From positions 1-45,370 of IMG/VR virus record IMGVR_UViG_3300022181_000002: DNA of 45,370 nt. The stretch is one strand, 5' to 3'. Source of the stretch: a virus. Taxonomy: Duplodnaviria; Caudoviricetes. Position numbers and translations under genes: made by a program. This document shows positions 43,981-45,370 of this stretch, piece by piece. Below the pieces are notes generated by a model, which saw only the letters and a program-made list of their open reading frames with translations, did no database searches and had not been told where the DNA came from. Numbering within the stretch: the first letter of the stretch is position 1; each line of letters begins with the position of its first letter.

Positions 43981-45120
43981 ATGAGCATTCGCAAGCGCGG
44001 CAAGGCGTGGGAAATCATTATCGAAATGGGTAAAGACGCCGACGGCAAACGCATCCAGGAGACCTTCACTTTTCATGGTAAAAAGGAAGATGCCAAACTG
44101 GAAGAGGCCCGGCTTAAGCATGAACTGTTTTACGGTAAATTCATCCCCAACAACAAGGCCACCGTCTCAGAGTACCTGAAGTATTGGCTTGAATGGGGAG
44201 AAACCGAGTGGAAATACAATACCTATCGCAGTTATAAGCAGGTAGTCGAGCAGTATCTGATTCCGGAGCTGGGACACGTTCCTCTTTTGAAGCTGGCCCC
44301 TATGAAGATTCAGGAGTACTACACGAAGCAGGTCAATAAAGGTGAACTATCCCGGGCCTCAATTCACTATCACCACCGGATCCTTAAATCGGCATTCAAT
44401 TACGCCATGAAGCAGCGGATCATGAGGGACAACCCTACCTTTGGCACAGAACCCCCTACCCCCGACAAATACCGGCCGCTGTTACTTCCGGACAAAGAGT
44501 ATATTAAGGTTTTCAGCCGCCTGCGGCCGGACCCCAGATATATATCTTACATCCTTTCCGTTCTCGCCGGAATGCGCCGCGGCGAAACCTGCGGGCTGCG
44601 CTGGCCAGATATTAACGAAGCGCTAAAATTCATTAAAGTTGAGCATGCTCTTAAGCGGGAAAAGGGTAAAGGGCTGGTATTAGACGACACCAAGACCGGA
44701 AAAGGGCGCATAGTCCCTGTATCGGTGCTTCTTTCTATGGAACTTGACTATCAAAAGCAGCGGCAGGAAGAATGGAAAGAAGTATATAAGACCGATTATC
44801 ACGACGAGGGCTATGTAGTGACCTGGCCGAAGGGCAACCCTATCGACCCGGACCAGGTTACAAAGAAATTTAACGAAGTCCTTGCAGAATTAAACCTGCC
44901 GAAAGAAACCCGGGTACACGACTTACGGCACGCTCACGCCACCTTTTTACTTGAAGGCGGCGCCGATATTAAAGATATCAGCGACGAGCTTGGCCACTCC
45001 AGCATTGCCGTCACCGGCGACATTTATCTAAACCCCAACGTAGAAAATCGAAGGCAGCATGTCGACCAGTTGGGCCAGCGCTTTATAGAAACAAGTGAGC
45101 AGCCGGAAGAGGAAAGTTGA
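43981..45120 (+). CDS. int: Tyrosine integrase
   Basis: GMRRGE, TKT, HDLRH, LGHS and DIY catalytic residues; N-terminal arm-binding and SAM-like domains; adjacent to att. Confidence 0.97.
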   Translation: MSIRKRGKAWEIIIEMGKDADGKRIQETFTFHGKKEDAKLEEARLKHELFYGKFIPNNKATVSEYLKYWLEWGETEWKYNTYRSYKQVVEQYLIPELGHVPLLKLAPMKIQEYYTKQVNKGELSRASIHYHHRILKSAFNYAMKQRIMRDNPTFGTEPPTPDKYRPLLLPDKEYIKVFSRLRPDPRYISYILSVLAGMRRGETCGLRWPDINEALKFIKVEHALKREKGKGLVLDDTKTGKGRIVPVSVLLSMELDYQKQRQEEWKEVYKTDYHDEGYVVTWPKGNPIDPDQVTKKFNEVLAELNLPKETRVHDLRHAHATFLLEGGADIKDISDELGHSSIAVTGDIYLNPNVENRRQHVDQLGQRFIETSEQPEEES

Positions 45121-45125
45121 AAATA

Positions 45126-45178
45126 TGTGAGCAAAAAGTGAGCATGATTCCAATAAATTGGTAAAATAAATGCTCACA
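45126..45178. promoter_or_regulatory. Putative integrase arm-type sites
   Basis: TGTGAGCA at 45126, AGTGAGCA at 45137 and inverted TGCTCACA at 45171. Confidence 0.75.
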
Positions 45179-45179
45179 T

Positions 45180-45203
45180 AAAAACCCCGCATCAAAGGCG
45201 GGG
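45180..45203 (-). terminator. Phage-supplied terminator for the reconstituted tRNA
   Basis: CCCCGC/GCGGGG stem with a T-run on the minus strand, 14 nt past the CCA. Confidence 0.75.
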
Positions 45204-45217
45204 CCGGGTTTGTAGAG

Positions 45218-45263
45218 TGGAGCCGATGGCCGGATTTGAACCGGCGACCTGCTGATTACGAAT
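45218..45263. repeat. att core, right copy
   Basis: Identical to 574-619. Confidence 0.96.
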
Positions 45264-45292
45264 CAGCTGCTCTGCCACTGAGCCACATCGGC
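45218..45292 (-). tRNA. tRNA-Thr(CGT)
   Basis: GCCGATG acceptor stem, anticodon arm GCTGA-TTCGTAA-TCAGC, GGTTCAAATCC T-arm and encoded CCA; 75 nt. Confidence 0.97.
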
Positions 45293-45309
45293 ATGTTGTC
45301 AACACATAG

Positions 45310-45338
45310 ATGATAGCAGGATAATCAAACGGCGTCAA
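45310..45338 (-). promoter_or_regulatory. Sigma-A promoter of the tRNA gene
   Basis: TTGACG-17 bp-TGC-TATCAT on the minus strand. Confidence 0.75.
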
Positions 45339-45370
45339 GTTCGGGGCTCTGAGTTTAATTGCCGCCCGAT

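Larger units (their letters stand above)
574..45263. mobile_element. Temperate prophage (podovirus-like head/short-tail architecture) integrated in tRNA-Thr(CGT)
   Basis: 46-bp direct repeats at 574-619 and 45218-45263, integrase, and immunity, replication, packaging, head, tail and lysis modules in canonical order. Confidence 0.96.

Noticed and set aside
1-45370. CRISPR array or ToxI-like tandem repeat array
   Set aside because: No regularly spaced direct repeats of suitable length noticed by eye

Overview
Almost the whole window (574-45263) is an apparently complete ~44.6-kb temperate prophage. It is inserted in the 3' half of a tRNA-Thr(CGT) gene, with a 46-bp att core at both ends, a tyrosine integrase and TGTGAGCA arm-type repeats. 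The 5' end of an IS1182-family element abuts its left edge. GGAGG-type RBSs and the protein families point to a Firmicute (Clostridia-like) host, which is an inference. Modules from right to left: integrase; a cargo island (NYN RNase with a structured leader RNA, HigBA, orphan HicB); two divergent XRE switches with ImmA-type and BRO-KilAC antirepressors; early genes; replication (initiator with internal iterons, DnaB); TerS and a split TerL; portal, scaffold and capsid; a short P22-like tail with no tape measure; ejection proteins ending in a 1792-aa polyvalent protein; a type I TA; a lysis cassette that includes a subtilase; and a low-GC three-gene PIN operon. The strongest candidate for an undescribed system is a complete ncRNA gene hidden antisense inside the polyvalent virion gene, right behind its PBECR-type nuclease domain (sigma-A promoter, predicted +1 on the first base of an 11-bp closing stem, pseudoknot-like core, U-tract). 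It looks like an RNA antitoxin for a virion-injected RNase. The second candidate is a pair of immunity-region proteins that both end in SSB-like DIPF tails. All family calls are by eye, without database searches.
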